Below, piece by piece: positions 49,087 to 61,797 of a stretch of 64,000 bases of DNA (position 1 is the first letter of the stretch; each line of letters starts with the position of its first letter). Source of the stretch: Coniocarpon cinnabarinum (Eukaryota); assembly GCA_051942205.1 (NCBI GenBank), contig JAVECO010000011.1, forward strand, positions 1-64,000. The letters run 5' to 3'. The position numbers and the translations under genes are program-made. The notes under the pieces are model-generated. The model was not told where the DNA came from. It was given only the letters and a program-made list of their open reading frames with translations, and did not search any database.

Positions 49087-50169
49087 ATGGCTGCGCCCCA
49101 AATTCCGAACCTGCTTGAATCCCTGCGGAAGTCCAAGGCAGCCGGTAATTCGAACGGCTTGCGTGGCGGTCCTCGTAGGGGTCCCGCGCTGGGTTCTTCT
49201 GATGCCGTAATCCAGCAGACAGATGATGATGCCGCAGGCTCCAGGTTGAGCGCAGTGGATGTGGGCTATCTACAAGATAAATACGCGAGGGCGTTGTCTT
49301 TTTCAAAGCAAAACGTCCGCAGAATGCCCATCATCAATCGAGGCACGTACGTGAGAACAGTCGCTATCGATGCCTTGGTGCAGGACTATCTGGGCTCGCA
49401 CCAAGATTTGCAGATCATCTCGCTCGGAGCTGGCACTGATACGCGGCCCTTTCGGCTCTTCGATGGGCCATCAGACTTGCGGGAACGCGTGGTATACCAC
49501 GAGATTGACTTCCCTGACTGTACGAGAAAGAAGATCACGGCAATCAACAATGCTAATCTATTAAACGGCGTGGGGTTTCGTGTCTCAGAAGAGGGTACTC
49601 GCCTCGCCTCCCCAGCGTACAATCTCCATCCGTTAGACTTGCGAAAACTTGGCAAAGCGAACTCACAGACCGACACTGATGAACTAACATCCGATCAAAA
49701 GTTGGCTTTGCTGCCAGGTGTTGACCCTGAACGGCCAACTCTTCTCGCCTCAGAATGCTGTCTGACCTATCTGAATTCTTCAGTAACGGTTTCAATTCTC
49801 AGAAATCTCAGCAATGATATCTTGAAGCCAAGCACTCCAATCTCGATCATCTTGTACGAGCCACTTCACCCTGACGATGCCTTTGGCAGAACAATGACGT
49901 CGAACCTCTCTGCACGAGGCATTTCCCTTCCAGGTCTTGAGGCATGCCCCACACTCAAAGCACATGAGGAGCGCCTCAAGGCGTGCGGTTTTGAGACCAG
50001 TGGAGGGATGCTCGTGAAAAAGTGGTGGCGTACCAAGGTCTCAGACGACGAGAAAGATTACTTGCGCAACCTCGAGGGCCTTGATGAGGAAGAAGAGTGG
50101 GAGCTCCTTGCTGGCCATTATGGCTTCATCTGGGGCTCTAGAGGAACTTCAAAATGGCCAAGCGTCTAA
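49087..50169 (+). CDS. ppm1: Leucine carboxyl methyltransferase 1 (PP2A methyltransferase)
   Basis: IQQTDDDA, RRMPIINRGTYVR, ISLGAGTDTR, EIDFP, SECCLTYL and LDEEEEWELLAGHY. Confidence 0.92.
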   Translation: MAAPQIPNLLESLRKSKAAGNSNGLRGGPRRGPALGSSDAVIQQTDDDAAGSRLSAVDVGYLQDKYARALSFSKQNVRRMPIINRGTYVRTVAIDALVQDYLGSHQDLQIISLGAGTDTRPFRLFDGPSDLRERVVYHEIDFPDCTRKKITAINNANLLNGVGFRVSEEGTRLASPAYNLHPLDLRKLGKANSQTDTDELTSDQKLALLPGVDPERPTLLASECCLTYLNSSVTVSILRNLSNDILKPSTPISIILYEPLHPDDAFGRTMTSNLSARGISLPGLEACPTLKAHEERLKACGFETSGGMLVKKWWRTKVSDDEKDYLRNLEGLDEEEEWELLAGHYGFIWGSRGTSKWPSV

Positions 50170-50362
50170 TTACAGAACTCTTCCTGCTCGCACGTCGTAC
50201 TCTGCAATATTGGCTTGGCTTTGAACGGTCCAGGAACTCAGTGAGTATGATAGCGGTGCCATGATATCACAAGTAAGGTCTGGCCCACATGCACGTGGAC
50301 AGGAGCTTTCAGAGCTTCTCAGTGTCGAGCAAGGCCGCCAGCAAACCTCGAACTACTCGGCC

Positions 50363-50787
50363 ATGGCGTCGCCCTATCTCATCTCAAAGTCAGTCATCCA
50401 TGGACACATTCCCAAACTTCCCTAACCATTCACAGATTCGGAGATCCCCTCTTCGCTCTCTCTATCGGCGCCGCCTCAGCCTGGCTCCGCATCCGCCGCG
50501 AAGAACTCGAACGTTTCAACGCGAATCCCGCGTTCAATACTCCCTCTAGCAATGCTTCTTCGATTAGTCCTCAATTATCCACCAGCCCCTCCTTGTCCCC
50601 TGCGCAAAGCTCTAGTACTGTACAAAAAGCAAGCAACGCGCGACCTCCGACACACTCGGATACATTCAGAGTACTATGTGAACGACTGAGTAAAGTGGAT
50701 CCAAGGAATTGGCATTGGAGGGGTGTGGTCGAGAGTAAAGAAAGAAAGAGGTGGGGTATCGTCGATGGGCCGGGCGAGGGCTTGTGA
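50363..50787 (+). CDS. NCE101-like small membrane protein; join(50363..50388,50436..50787)
   Basis: A 47-nt intron (GTCAGT..CTAAC..CAG) yields MASPYLISKFGDPLFALSIGAASAWLRIRREE, resembling the Nce101 family pattern YLIS..DP.FA..IG. Confidence 0.75.
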
Positions 50788-52282
50788 ACTTGAGCTATGT
50801 GGCTCAGAGAAAAGTGGAAATAACGTCGCTAAAGATGCATACTATTGCAAAGAAGAAAAGCCAGATCGCAAGAACAAAAGAGACATTCGCGCATGGAATG
50901 AGACCTGGGCAATGAGCGTACAGGTCGAGAAGCTGCAGATTCCGCGATGCGCGCGATGATCAATACAAAGCGGCTCGCTTTATCATTACGGACTGGAGCT
51001 TGAAGAAGGACAGATAATTTCCGTCGCTTGCAAGAATCCATACTCATCTCCAGAAAAGCGATTGAAGAGCTCAAATGGAGGAGTGCAACGACTGGTTCAT
51101 GATCTCAGAGAGCAATAAAGTGGCCGCCATGAAAGGCTCGGAGAAAACCAAGCAAGCCAGGTCATGAAGGAGCGGCGTCAGGAATGTAATGGACAAGAAT
51201 CGGACGAGGGCACGCAAGCTAGTATATAGAGCCATGGTATCGTGGGGGGCGAGCGAGAAGACGCAGTCATAATTGAGACGTTATGAAGCCATTGGAGTTA
51301 TAACATTGAAACCGCTCAACGAATGTCTCTGAAACACCCCTGATGCTTTCATGCGCTCTCTTCCCTTTCTCGAGCACCTTTCTCGAGCACCTACAATGTC
51401 TTGGAGCTACTACGTTCTAAAGTTGGGGTGGCAATGCATGATTCATTACTGCAATCTGCAAGGTGCAAGCGGTCTCCGTCTCACGAGACTTTATCGCGAA
51501 AGATGGTATTTCGCTGGATATTGGTGAAGCCTTGGTACAGTAATACGAATCCCTCGATGCATCTCTAAAATCTAGATAACATCTAATGATCCGCTTGTCT
51601 AATACATTGTCACAATTAAAGCTTTCAACTAGCTTTCACCTACATCAACGCGTCGCCCTCCCACAGTAATAACCCTATCCCCCACACATTCTCCTTTAGA
51701 TAATTCCAAAGCCGTCAGATTTGGATCCTGAGATTCGTCAAGCCACCTCGCTAGACCGCAGCAAAGCTCCAACATAGCAAAGTTGCATGTCAAGCTTATG
51801 TAGTTTATTTAGACTACGAAGGTCGCTCTGTGAGTCGCTGTACAAGCTAGTCGCACGACTTGTAGTGAGTTTTCCGCGAATTCTTGCGGGCAGAGCGCGC
51901 TGCTGTGCTCTGCGCTGGAGGAGGACACGTGATCGAATGATCCTCACCGCTTTTAGATTGCGATGTCAGAAAATGAGTCGATACTTCTTCCATGTCGGTG
52001 AAGACGCGTGAAGTATCTTTCGTGAATGGATGAATACGATGCAATGCTTTGACGCGTGTCAGTATCATCCGTCGACACCTATTCGCATTCAAGTGCGATG
52101 CAATCTCTGATCAGTCGTGCAGGACAGACAGTCCATCAGCTTGACTTCTGAACGGCACGCAAGGACCAAGCGCACTGAAGTCAGAAGAGCATGCATGTCT
52201 ACACCATGTTAGCAAGAAGCCTAGACCACAATTGCATGCCAGCTTGTTGCGAGGCATGCTAGCAGAAGGGTATAATTGCGAA

Positions 52283-53096
52283 TCATAAGATTACACATTT
52301 GTTGGTCGTGGGCCGGCGGCCGCCGCGTCGAATTCTGCCCTCAGGACCACCAGGCCCACCTCCTCCGCCCGGTGGCGGATTCCCTCCCACTCTCCGATCC
52401 GGACGCTCGGCCACGTTGCGCTGTCGCCTCAGATTGCGGACGACGTCAAAGAATGCCTTTTCGACATTGATGCACGACTTCGCGGACGTCTCGATGAAAT
52501 CACAGCCCATCTGCTTCGCCAGCGCGCTGCCTTCTTGCGTCGAGACCTCTCGCTCGAGAGTGCGGTCGACTTTGTTGCCGACCAGCATGATCTGGGCGGG
52601 GCCAGAGGACGAAGTGGGACTCGTGGGGGTCATCGGGACGGAAGTGCCTGGGTATAAGGCGCCCGGTGACACAGGCGACATGGCCGCGACAGATTCCCTC
52701 ACTCGCAGGATCTGCTTGTAGTAGCTTTGAATCCGCGAGAAAGACGCGCGGGATGTGATGCTGTACACCAGGACGAAACCTTCTCCATCTCGGATCCATT
52801 GGTCTCTGAGGGCGGTGTACTCTTCCTGACCAGCAGTATCGAGCACTTCCAGCATGCATGACTGATTGTCAATGACAACTTGTTTGCGATAGGAATCCTC
52901 AATGGTGGGGTCATAGGTTTCGACGAAATGATTGAGGCAGAGCTGTGAAACCCACAGGATCAGTTTGAATTCCGGGCAGAAGCGCAATGTTGCCCCCGAG
53001 AAACGGCGATCAACGTACCTGAATGGTCAAAGCCGTCTTCCCCACTCCACCGTCGCCAAGCACGGCCAACTTGTACATGGTCATTTTAGACGCCAT
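52283..53096 (-). CDS. ras2: Ras GTPase (Ras2/RasB type); exons 53096-53019, 52942-52283
   Basis: [34 protein letters not shown] and CAAX box [14 protein letters not shown] and DQWIRDGEG are typical of fungal Ras2. Confidence 0.96.
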
Positions 53097-54647
53097 CTTG
53101 ACCAATCCGACGCTCCAAAAATCACAGAGTATAAAGCTGCGATACTGAGAATGACGACAGGACCGTATGCATTGACGGGGAGTAAGAATGCCTGTACCGC
53201 CCGTGTGGATGATGCTCCTCGAGGACACGAACAGCGTTCAACCAGGCGATCGCTGGAAAGTAGAACAATCTGAGTACTGCCGGACCCAATGCACAATATC
53301 AACCCAGGAACCTCCGTGCCCGCGTCAAGACATTGTTCGGGGATGGCATAAACGCGCTCCGTGACACGTGAGGTGCTCCCAAAGCCCAGTGGGGAAAGCA
53401 ATGTTCCCAGAGGGGCGGCGGACGGGCGTACAATGGTTTTCAATGGGTTAGCGTCGAGGTGTGGAGAGGTGAAGTGCGCAGCAGAGCTGCAGGAGATCTC
53501 CGGGGGGTTAGGCGCTTGAAGTCGTCGAGCCGCAGGGACAGAGAGCTAGTGCGGATGATGTGACGCAGGAAAGAGAGCGTGCAGCTCGGAAGAGTGTGGC
53601 GTCGGTATTAGTATGCAGGGACGGATGCGGTAGCGAGTGTTGTGACCTGTTCTCTGGTATTGGTTTTTTTTTTGTTGAGGTAAAGTTGCGGTCGAGCAGC
53701 TTTGTATGAAATAATGGGAATCAAAGATTTTTTTCCACTGCAACGTCTGACAAGATCTAGATCTGCCGGTCCGCTGCGAAATGCCGGCTCGGCTGCCTTT
53801 GCTCGAGCAGAGTCTCGAGGCGTGTCACAGTGCCGGGAGATGGCGAGTGGACGAAGACGAAGAGAAGGAGGAGGAGGAAGAGAGAGGAGGAGGACAAGAG
53901 AAGAGAAGAGCAGAGCTATCTATTTGGAATGAGGCCCGACGGAAGTGAGAGCAGGAGAGTGAGCCGTGGAAGGGAGCTAGCTGGAGCACACGAGTAGAGC
54001 AGACGGTATATGTGGGGCAGCAGCCAGGCACGAGCGTGCGAGCGAGGCAAGGTGGTAAGGTGGTAAGGTACTCGGCAGACATGAGTAGGAGGGTCGGTCG
54101 AGGGAGCCAGAGAGGTAGCCGGGGAGGAGGAAGAGGAGGATGCATGATGACGGCGGAGCAGACGTGGGTGAGCACATCGTCGAGCCGGTGCGGAGGGTGC
54201 GCGGGCGGGTGCGTGAGTGAGTGTGTTTGTGTTTGTGTGGTGTCGGGGCACAGTGTGGCTAGCTGGCCCACGACGACGACGGAGGTGTTGACGGGGGAGG
54301 AGTCGAGCGGATGGAGACGCAGCAGTGACCAGCACCGACCGCCAATGTTCGGTGAAGCGAGATCGAGTAAGGCAAGCGCGGCCGGGCGATGGGCGGTTGG
54401 GGGGGTGAGAGATCGTGACAGCGTGTGGGCGAGCCAGGGGAGGGATCGGGGCGGCGTGGGCGTGGCGGGCGAGCAAGAGCCGCGACGTGGGTGATGGTGG
54501 TGGTGGTGGCAATTGGGAGGCGAGAGCTCGTGGGGTGCGCAGACTGCAGAGCAAGACCAGGGAAGGGACAGGAGAAGGTTTGTCTGGCGTGGCGCGCGGA
54601 CGGCGAAGAACGTGGTGGGCGGAGAAGCATTGTTAGGAACGGCATCC

Positions 54648-54668
54648 GCAGCAGCAGCAGCAGCAGCA
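54648..54668. repeat. (GCA)7 microsatellite
   Basis: Directly visible. Confidence 0.9.
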
Positions 54669-55458
54669 TCATCCATTGCCCGCTGGAGCAGCGCGGGCGC
54701 CTAACAGAGAGCGCCGGCGATAGGCTGGGTCAGGTTCCTAGGAAGCGTGGGCGCGCGTGAGAGCAGTGCGACAGTGCGACAGGCGGGTCGAGTGGTGTGT
54801 GTTTTCCCTACTCCGTTACTGGGAGGGAAGAGAGTGGTTGCGCCGGCGGGAGTGAAACACAGCCAGATAGCATGGAGAGACAAGTCGGGTTGCTTCCGGC
54901 TCATGACGCCGCTTGCTGCGCTTCCTTCGACTCTCGAGCCTCTTCCATTCCCTCGAGTCCCTGTGGTGGGGCGGCTTCTTCCCCTTCCCGCCCACTAGCT
55001 ACATGTAGCTACCTTACCTACCTATCTAACCCTAACCACTAGCCGCTCTGACTGACGCCGACGCCGCCCGCCGGTCCTCCTCCTCCTCCTCCTCCACAGC
55101 CCACAGTCCACAGCCTACAGCCCTCTCCCTCTCCCTCCTGCATCGGAAGCCGTCGTCGACTCCCCTCCCGTCGTGCCGTCCGCTGTCCGCACGCCCGCTT
55201 CTGGAAAGTATCGTGGCCTCAACCATCGTGCCTTGCGTCTTCCGGCTATCGCAGACGACATGCACACACACCCCGTCCATGTCTGCTCCCCTGTCACAAA
55301 CCCCCTTTCGTTGCCAACCCACGTCATGTCCTGAGCAGACGCAGCCCGGTAGCTCACCAACGCTGTCGTCATCGCCAGACGTTCCAGAAGCGGTGGTGAG
55401 CGGGCCCGACGACGTGACCATGAGCCACGTCTGCGGTCCTGATGCAGCCCGAGTGCCG

Positions 55459-55507
55459 CAGCAGCAGCAGCAGCAGCAGCAGCAGACAGCAGACAGCAGA
55501 CAGCAGC
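55459..55507. repeat. (CAG)9 microsatellite followed by ACAGCAG repeats
   Basis: Directly visible. Confidence 0.9.
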
Positions 55508-57104
55508 AACCACAGCTCACGCCCATGATACGTCTGAGTGTTGATCAATTCCAGACAATTCCAACATGCAACAACGTGACACGCGACGCTGCAGTGCTTC
55601 GTCGCCCCGTGATTTGCATCCGTCGTTCACGTGAAAGCTCGACCCTGGCCCTCCGCCCGACTTTCTTTGCCCTCGTCGATTTTGACTGCCTTGATGCTGG
55701 GCTGCACCGCCCGTGACCCCTACCCCCACGGACGGATCTTGCCCCAGGTTTCGTCCACGGAGGCCAGAACTGTTGATCTTCAGCGCAACTCTGCACAAAG
55801 CTTGAGCATTGTCAGCCACTAGCGCTCGAGACAGCAAGGGCCGTCCGCACTCGCAATTCGGGAGACGCCTCTCCCGCGTCCTCTTGATGCCTGACCGTGG
55901 ATCATTATCAAAGTACGGAGTCCCTCCTCTACATGCTTTCTCCGAACTCCCTTCGAGGCGCAGCTGGCCAGCCACAGCAGACCCTCGAATTCCCAAATCC
56001 AGTGTGCTGGTTCCTGTATGAGTACCGAACCTGGCTAGGCGTACGCTGTTCGAGAAATAAGTCCCGAGGCGCGCCTTCTGCCGTCTTCCCCATTGCAGTG
56101 AGTTTCAATACGCAAGTTTCTCGAGAAACAATTGCCGGGGTGCGCACATTGCCGTCTGCCCCGTTGGAGAGAGTTTCAATACGCGTGTTCGCCGGCAGAC
56201 TGCTCCCATTGTCTTGGAGATCATCGTTCAACGGCTTGTGTACCGCTTTCAGAAACACTGTCCGAAGATCAGCAGATTGCTACAGCCAGCTGCTATCCAT
56301 TGATCCCTCGCAGTAAGACAGTTCGTTGTTTTCTCTCAGAGTGTCCGACAACTTGACCCGTGTCGTCCTGGTGCGTGGATGCAGGTGACATTCTTGCTAC
56401 AACCATTCCCTTCTCCTGGCAGAGCTCAGGACCAGGTACAGATTGATTTTCCGCTAGTAGTGTATGAAAACGCATGTGAGCGGCAGGTGCCCAGGCCACG
56501 GCCGGCGCATCTAATCGACGATGAATGGAAATTCGAGCGATAGGCATGGAAGGCGTGAGCCAAATTCTGTACTGCCAAGTCTTGCAGCGCACACTGAGAC
56601 GTTTCTACTGTGTAGCGTGGAGCATTGAAACAGCAAATGACTGCAGGACAACAAACGTCATCAAGATTTTGGATCACAGCGCTTTGGCTTTTGATTGTGC
56701 AGATGCGCATGCAATGCGACCCTCCGACGGGTAAATTGATAGCAATGCAATCTCCCACCATCGACGTGTTCAGTACAGTATTGGTGCCTTATGGTTTCAC
56801 TGGAGACGAAAACGTGCTGCGGCGTATGCGTTGTGATAGTCTGCAGTGCGGCGTGATCGGATAGATTTGGTGTCGCCCAGACCAATGTCAACAATGGGAG
56901 CAGCAAAAAGGTACATTTTCCATGCATCGCGTGGAGCAAAAGTTTATCTTGCAGAGCGCCGACCTGGAGCCTGGCAGCTGCATGCATGAAGCAGTCGCGT
57001 GCAGTGACCTGCAAAATGTATCAAGCTAATTCGCGCTTCAAGTATGAAAACGAAGCTGCAAGCGAATATGCTTTCGTCTGTCGTATCTGCTGAGCCCAGC
57101 ACTG

Positions 57105-59524
57105 TTACAACTTCGCACGCTGCTCTATTGGCTTGTGCGATGACCCTTTCGCTTCGAAATACTGCCGGACCTTGGCTCTTGCCACCTCTACCACAGAAGC
57201 ATCCTCGACCGTCGCCGGCACAGACACTTGCTTATCAAACTCCCCATGGACGGCATTGTCGATCAGTTCCCTCAAGACCCTTCGAAGAGTCTTGCCGGAT
57301 CGCGTTTTCGGTATCATTCCTTTGCCCTGGACCATGCCTCCTAAGCTAGCGATAGGCCCAATTTGCTCCCGTACCTGCTTCTGCACGTCAGAAAACAATG
57401 CGTCATCTGGAATTGCCGATTCTGGATGATCTGCAGTGGAGAGCGTCGCGAACGCAAACGGCATTGAACCCTTTAGCTCATCTGGTATCCCCACCACACA
57501 AGCCTCTGCAATTGTGGGCGAGGATGTTATAGCCTGTTCAATGGCACCTACACAGGAGATCGAGTCAGCGTGCATTTGCAGTTCTGGCTGCAGCGGTCAT
57601 GGGTGCGTACCTGTGGAGAAGCGGTGAGCTGCTACGTTGATGACGTCGTCGGCTCTGGACATGACATGAATGTAGCCGTCTTCGTCAATCATCCCAGCAT
57701 CACCTGTGTCAACAAATTTCCCGGTGAATCGTTTCAGGTAGCTCTTGTAAAAGCGCTCTTCGTCGCGCCAAAGGGTGGTGAACGCAGTCGGGGCCAGTGG
57801 CAAGCCGAGGACAATGTTACCCATTTGCCCCTTGCCCACCTCCTCTCCCTCATCATTCACGATCCGCACGTCAAAGCCTGGCGCTGCCTTGCCTGCTGAG
57901 CCCGGTTTTATTCGAAGGGCTTTTGTGAAGTCTTGATTCCGCTGGTCCTGACCGCTTGAGGGCATGAGCGACAAACCGCTGATAGGGGAACCAGATTCAG
58001 ACGACCACCTATGTTCGCGTCCGTTAGCAAAGACTACTCTGCACAGCACCCGCTCTGAGAGACACATACTCGCAATCACCAAAATAAGAAGAGTTTTGGT
58101 CAAGAAGGGGAATGCACTAGGATCAACGAAATAGAGACGGCAGACTTACCAATTATCAATCACTTGAGCATCAGGGGCGCAATACATTTCGAGCAGTTTT
58201 TGATATGCGATGACGATGCTCGGTTCGCTTCTTTCGCCTGCCAGGAACAATGCTCTCAGATTTCGGAGGGACCCGTTACCGCCGAATCGCTTGAAAAACT
58301 TGTTGTCGGGATCTTCACGCCTGATCGCTCGTAGAGCAGTTGGTGCTGTGAACATCGTGTTGACTCTGTACTCACGAAGGATCCGCCAAAAGGTACTCGC
58401 ATCGGGTGTCCCGACGGGTTTACCTTCGAAGAGAACAGTAGCAGCGCCAGCCAGCAAAGGGGCGTAAATGATATAAGAATGGCCGACCACCCAACCAATA
58501 TCCTGCGCCAGACGTGTGAGCCAAGATTCTCCTGCGCAATTGTGCCGAGTTGATAACAAGCACGCAAGACTGACCGAAGCACAGAACATAACATCGCCTG
58601 GACCTCTGATGCCAAATATGTATCGAATTGATAGATTAAGGCCAACCAAATGGCCCGCTGTTTCGCGTACTACACCCTTAGGCAAGCCCGTCGTCCCTAC
58701 GCAACACAGTCAGCACACCATTGTGAATTGAATCACCAAAGTCATGCCTCACCACTTGTATAGATTATATATACAGGATCATTACTGCTAACAGGTACGC
58801 AGTCCGCACGCACTCCTCGTTGTCTTGCGCTGCGTACCAGCTTGTTCCAATGCAACTCTCCGACGTCTGATCTTATGGGATCCCACCGTCGTCGCTGTCG
58901 CTGCCAGATCAGTGTTCTCTCCGGCTTCCACGTGCTCTTCTCAAGAGCACCACGAACAAGTGGCTCGTAGCTCGTTGGTCCTTTGGCGCCCTCAATGCCA
59001 CAGCTCGCGGTGAGTATGAGGCGCGGCTGAGAAGCTTCAATGCGCTGAGCCAAGGACGCCGAAGAAAACCCTCCAAAAACGACCGCGTGCGAAGCGCCCA
59101 GTCTTGTCACAGCCAGAAGCCCGATCAACGCCTGATGAATCATCGGCATGTACACGACCACGTTATCGCCTTTCTTCAGGCCCAACTCTTTCAGCACCCC
59201 GGCGAGTACTTCGACCTCATCCTTGAGTTGCGCATACGTGTATGTCTGCTTCTGATCGTCCACCGGGCTGTCCCAATGGATTGCTGGTGCCGCGCCATTC
59301 CCTGCATGAACATGCCTATCCACGCAGTTGTAACATGTGTTAAGCTCGCCACCAGGGAACCATGACCAGATGGGATGCGACGCGCCCGAAGGTAAGCTTC
59401 TCGTACTGTGCTTCAAAGCCGCTGTGGGTCGCTTTGTCCAGGACAAGTGAGAAGCATGTCTGGACCAGAACTGCTCAGGATGCCGCACAGACTCTGTGTA
59501 TACTTCGTCCTGCAGGTGAGGCAT
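57105..59524 (-). CDS. Propionyl/acetyl-CoA synthetase (PrpE/ACSS3-like), four introns, PTS1 AKL
   Basis: LNTCYNCVDRH, YTSGTTGLPKG, DIGWVVGHSY, NWWSSESG, DTGDAG, SRADDVINVAAHR and PKTRSGK; ends RAKL. Confidence 0.93.
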
Positions 59525-60371
59525 GAGGTGGCTCTCGGCGTGAGAAGGAATTGCGAAACAGCGAGGCAGAAGTCAGAGCAGAAAGCGTCACAGCACGAGC
59601 GTATCACATTCTTTACGGCATGGCAAAGCGTGAGCCAGGAAGCGAATATAACGTGGTTCAAGCTACGACATCGAAACAGCCGACGCGCACGCACCATTCC
59701 CCACCATCGGACGCGGTTATCCGAAACTCTTCCGCAAAGCTTTGAGATGACCTTGCCCGTGCCAGGCTAGCGACGAGTCAGAAAGCAGTGGAAATCTCCG
59801 GTGCCAGCACTAGCAAGTTGCAGCATCGATGACTCTATAGGTAATTCTGGTACTTCCAGAGATGAGACGAACATCGTCCACTTGATCGTGGCTGTTACGC
59901 AGGCCAGCTCCGACACATTAGCAGCGACCGGCAATAGACTTCGTACAGCCATGAGAGATCACAGAACCGAATGTTTAGCGCAATTGACCCTGTTGTGCAA
60001 GCGCCTGTATCTAGCCGGATCAAAACCGTATTTCAAGGCTCAAACCTAGTCGCGTTGTGGATGGAAGCGTCAAATACAAAGGATGAATCACAAGGGAGAG
60101 CTTAGAAATGCTGCACGGAAGCGTCGCAAGCAGACAGCAGCCTGAGGAATAATGCTGACTCGCTGATTGGTCGCACGTGGCCCCGCCATCAGTCAGCAAG
60201 CTCGATCTCTCACCCTCACGTCGGTGCAGGCATCATAGAACTCTGCACTTTGCACCACCATTGCTGCTCTACCCCGCTTGACGGCTGAAGCAATATATGC
60301 TGGCCCAGTCTCTGTCTTGAATGTCGGCTTCTGCTCATCCTACACCCTCTCTCCGACAACGCCCCTCCACC

Positions 60372-61208
60372 ATGGCCACTCCACAGCAGCAAGGCAATGA
60401 GCCGCGTGAGGACCAACCTCTCCTGGGTCATCCTGGGGATGCCATGCAAGATGAAGATCAGTCCTTGTTGCAGAACTTCATCATGGGCACTGGCATCGTC
60501 GCTCAGGGTGGCACCGTGGTCCTGGCGGTACTGGTCTGGGCCAGTGTGTTCACCAAGCCTTTGATGCTTTTCTCCGCGCATCCTGTGAGTCTCAGCCTAG
60601 GTTTGATCACGGAGCTCCAGAAAGCATCAACGCTGACCAGAATCTGCAGTTGCTCAACGCAGCCGGTGTTCTGTTTGTCACAGAGGCTATTCTCGTCCTA
60701 CAGCCTACGCACACTCAGTCTCAGAAAGTCAAGGGTACCTACACACACAGCGCCTTGAACAATGTCGGGAATGCTGCGCTCTTGTCTGGCTTGGCTGTCA
60801 TACTGTACAACAAGATCTCTCACGGTGGCACACACGTGAGTGTGAACAATCACCATCCTGTATCATTCGTTCTCCCGTCTAACACTGTCGCAGTTCGAGT
60901 CACCGCACGCCATTTTCGGTCTCATCACCTATATCCTGCTCGTATCTCAGGCACTTGTCGGCCTCACCATGTTCTTCACACCATCTCTTTACGGTTCAGT
61001 CGGGCGTGCCAAAGCACTGTATAAGTACCACCGCGTGAGTGGCTACCTGATACTCGTGCTCATGCTCACGACTGTCGCGCTCGCCACACAAACCGACTTC
61101 AACAAGAATGTACTCGGCATCCAACTCTGGGCGGTGATTGCTCTGTCAATGGTGATCTTGCTGGGAATACTGCCACGGGTGCGAACGAGCAAACTCGGTC
61201 TGAAATGA
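60372..61208 (+). CDS. Cytochrome b561 domain membrane protein; join(60372..60584,60650..60835,60894..61208); start could be ATG 60321
   Basis: Candidate heme-ligand His residues in FSAHP, YTHSA, ESPHA and YKYHR; several transmembrane segments. Confidence 0.87.
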
Positions 61209-61797
61209 GACTGTCGAACGACAAGGAGGAGCCGTTGTACGTGTGAGGCTTTGGGTTTCTTGCTGCATTTAGCCATAGGAGTTTATTACTTAGCACTTCT
61301 GAAATGCCATCAACGGCCGCGCGTAGCTATCGGGTGCATCGCCAGATTTCGTTGTGTGGGCTCTGCTTGCTGAACGTGACGTAGGAATGCTAACCTGCCT
61401 AGTAAGGTCCGTGCACGCTTAGCAGCTTTAGGAGAGCTAGCGTCGATCATAATGGTTCGGCTCGGCAGGTTCAGACAAATGGTAGGTGAGAAAAGGGGCA
61501 TTGGCAAAGCTGATAGCCAGGAAGGGAAGTCTGAGATGGCCAGCTCACGTAGATTCAGAGAAAGCTCCATACCTCAGACCAGCTTCCTGGCCGAAACCAC
61601 TCCTAATCCTTTAGTCCGCCTTCGTTCCAGCTCATCTGCCGCAATGTCTACTTTTTTGCTGTTTTCCTAGTGTCTAGATCTGTAATTTTATTGAGTTTCG
61701 GCTTGAGATCCGCCCCTCAGGAATCATCGAAGCCCGTCCTTTCGTCGCACCTATGTGATCCTCCGGCAGCCGAAGTTCAATTTCCTGTCAACTGACA

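Noticed and set aside
51364..51392. 13-bp tandem duplication CCTTTCTCGAGCA
   Set aside because: Isolated slippage-type duplication with no element ends or array.
21307..53096. Adenylate cyclase, ras2 and ppm1 in one window as a signalling cluster
   Set aside because: They are separated by many unrelated genes; there is no evidence beyond chance proximity.
53825..54760. Several long overlapping ORFs (up to 283 aa) upstream of ras2
   Set aside because: Explained by stop-poor, GC-rich low-complexity sequence open in multiple frames; no recognisable domains.
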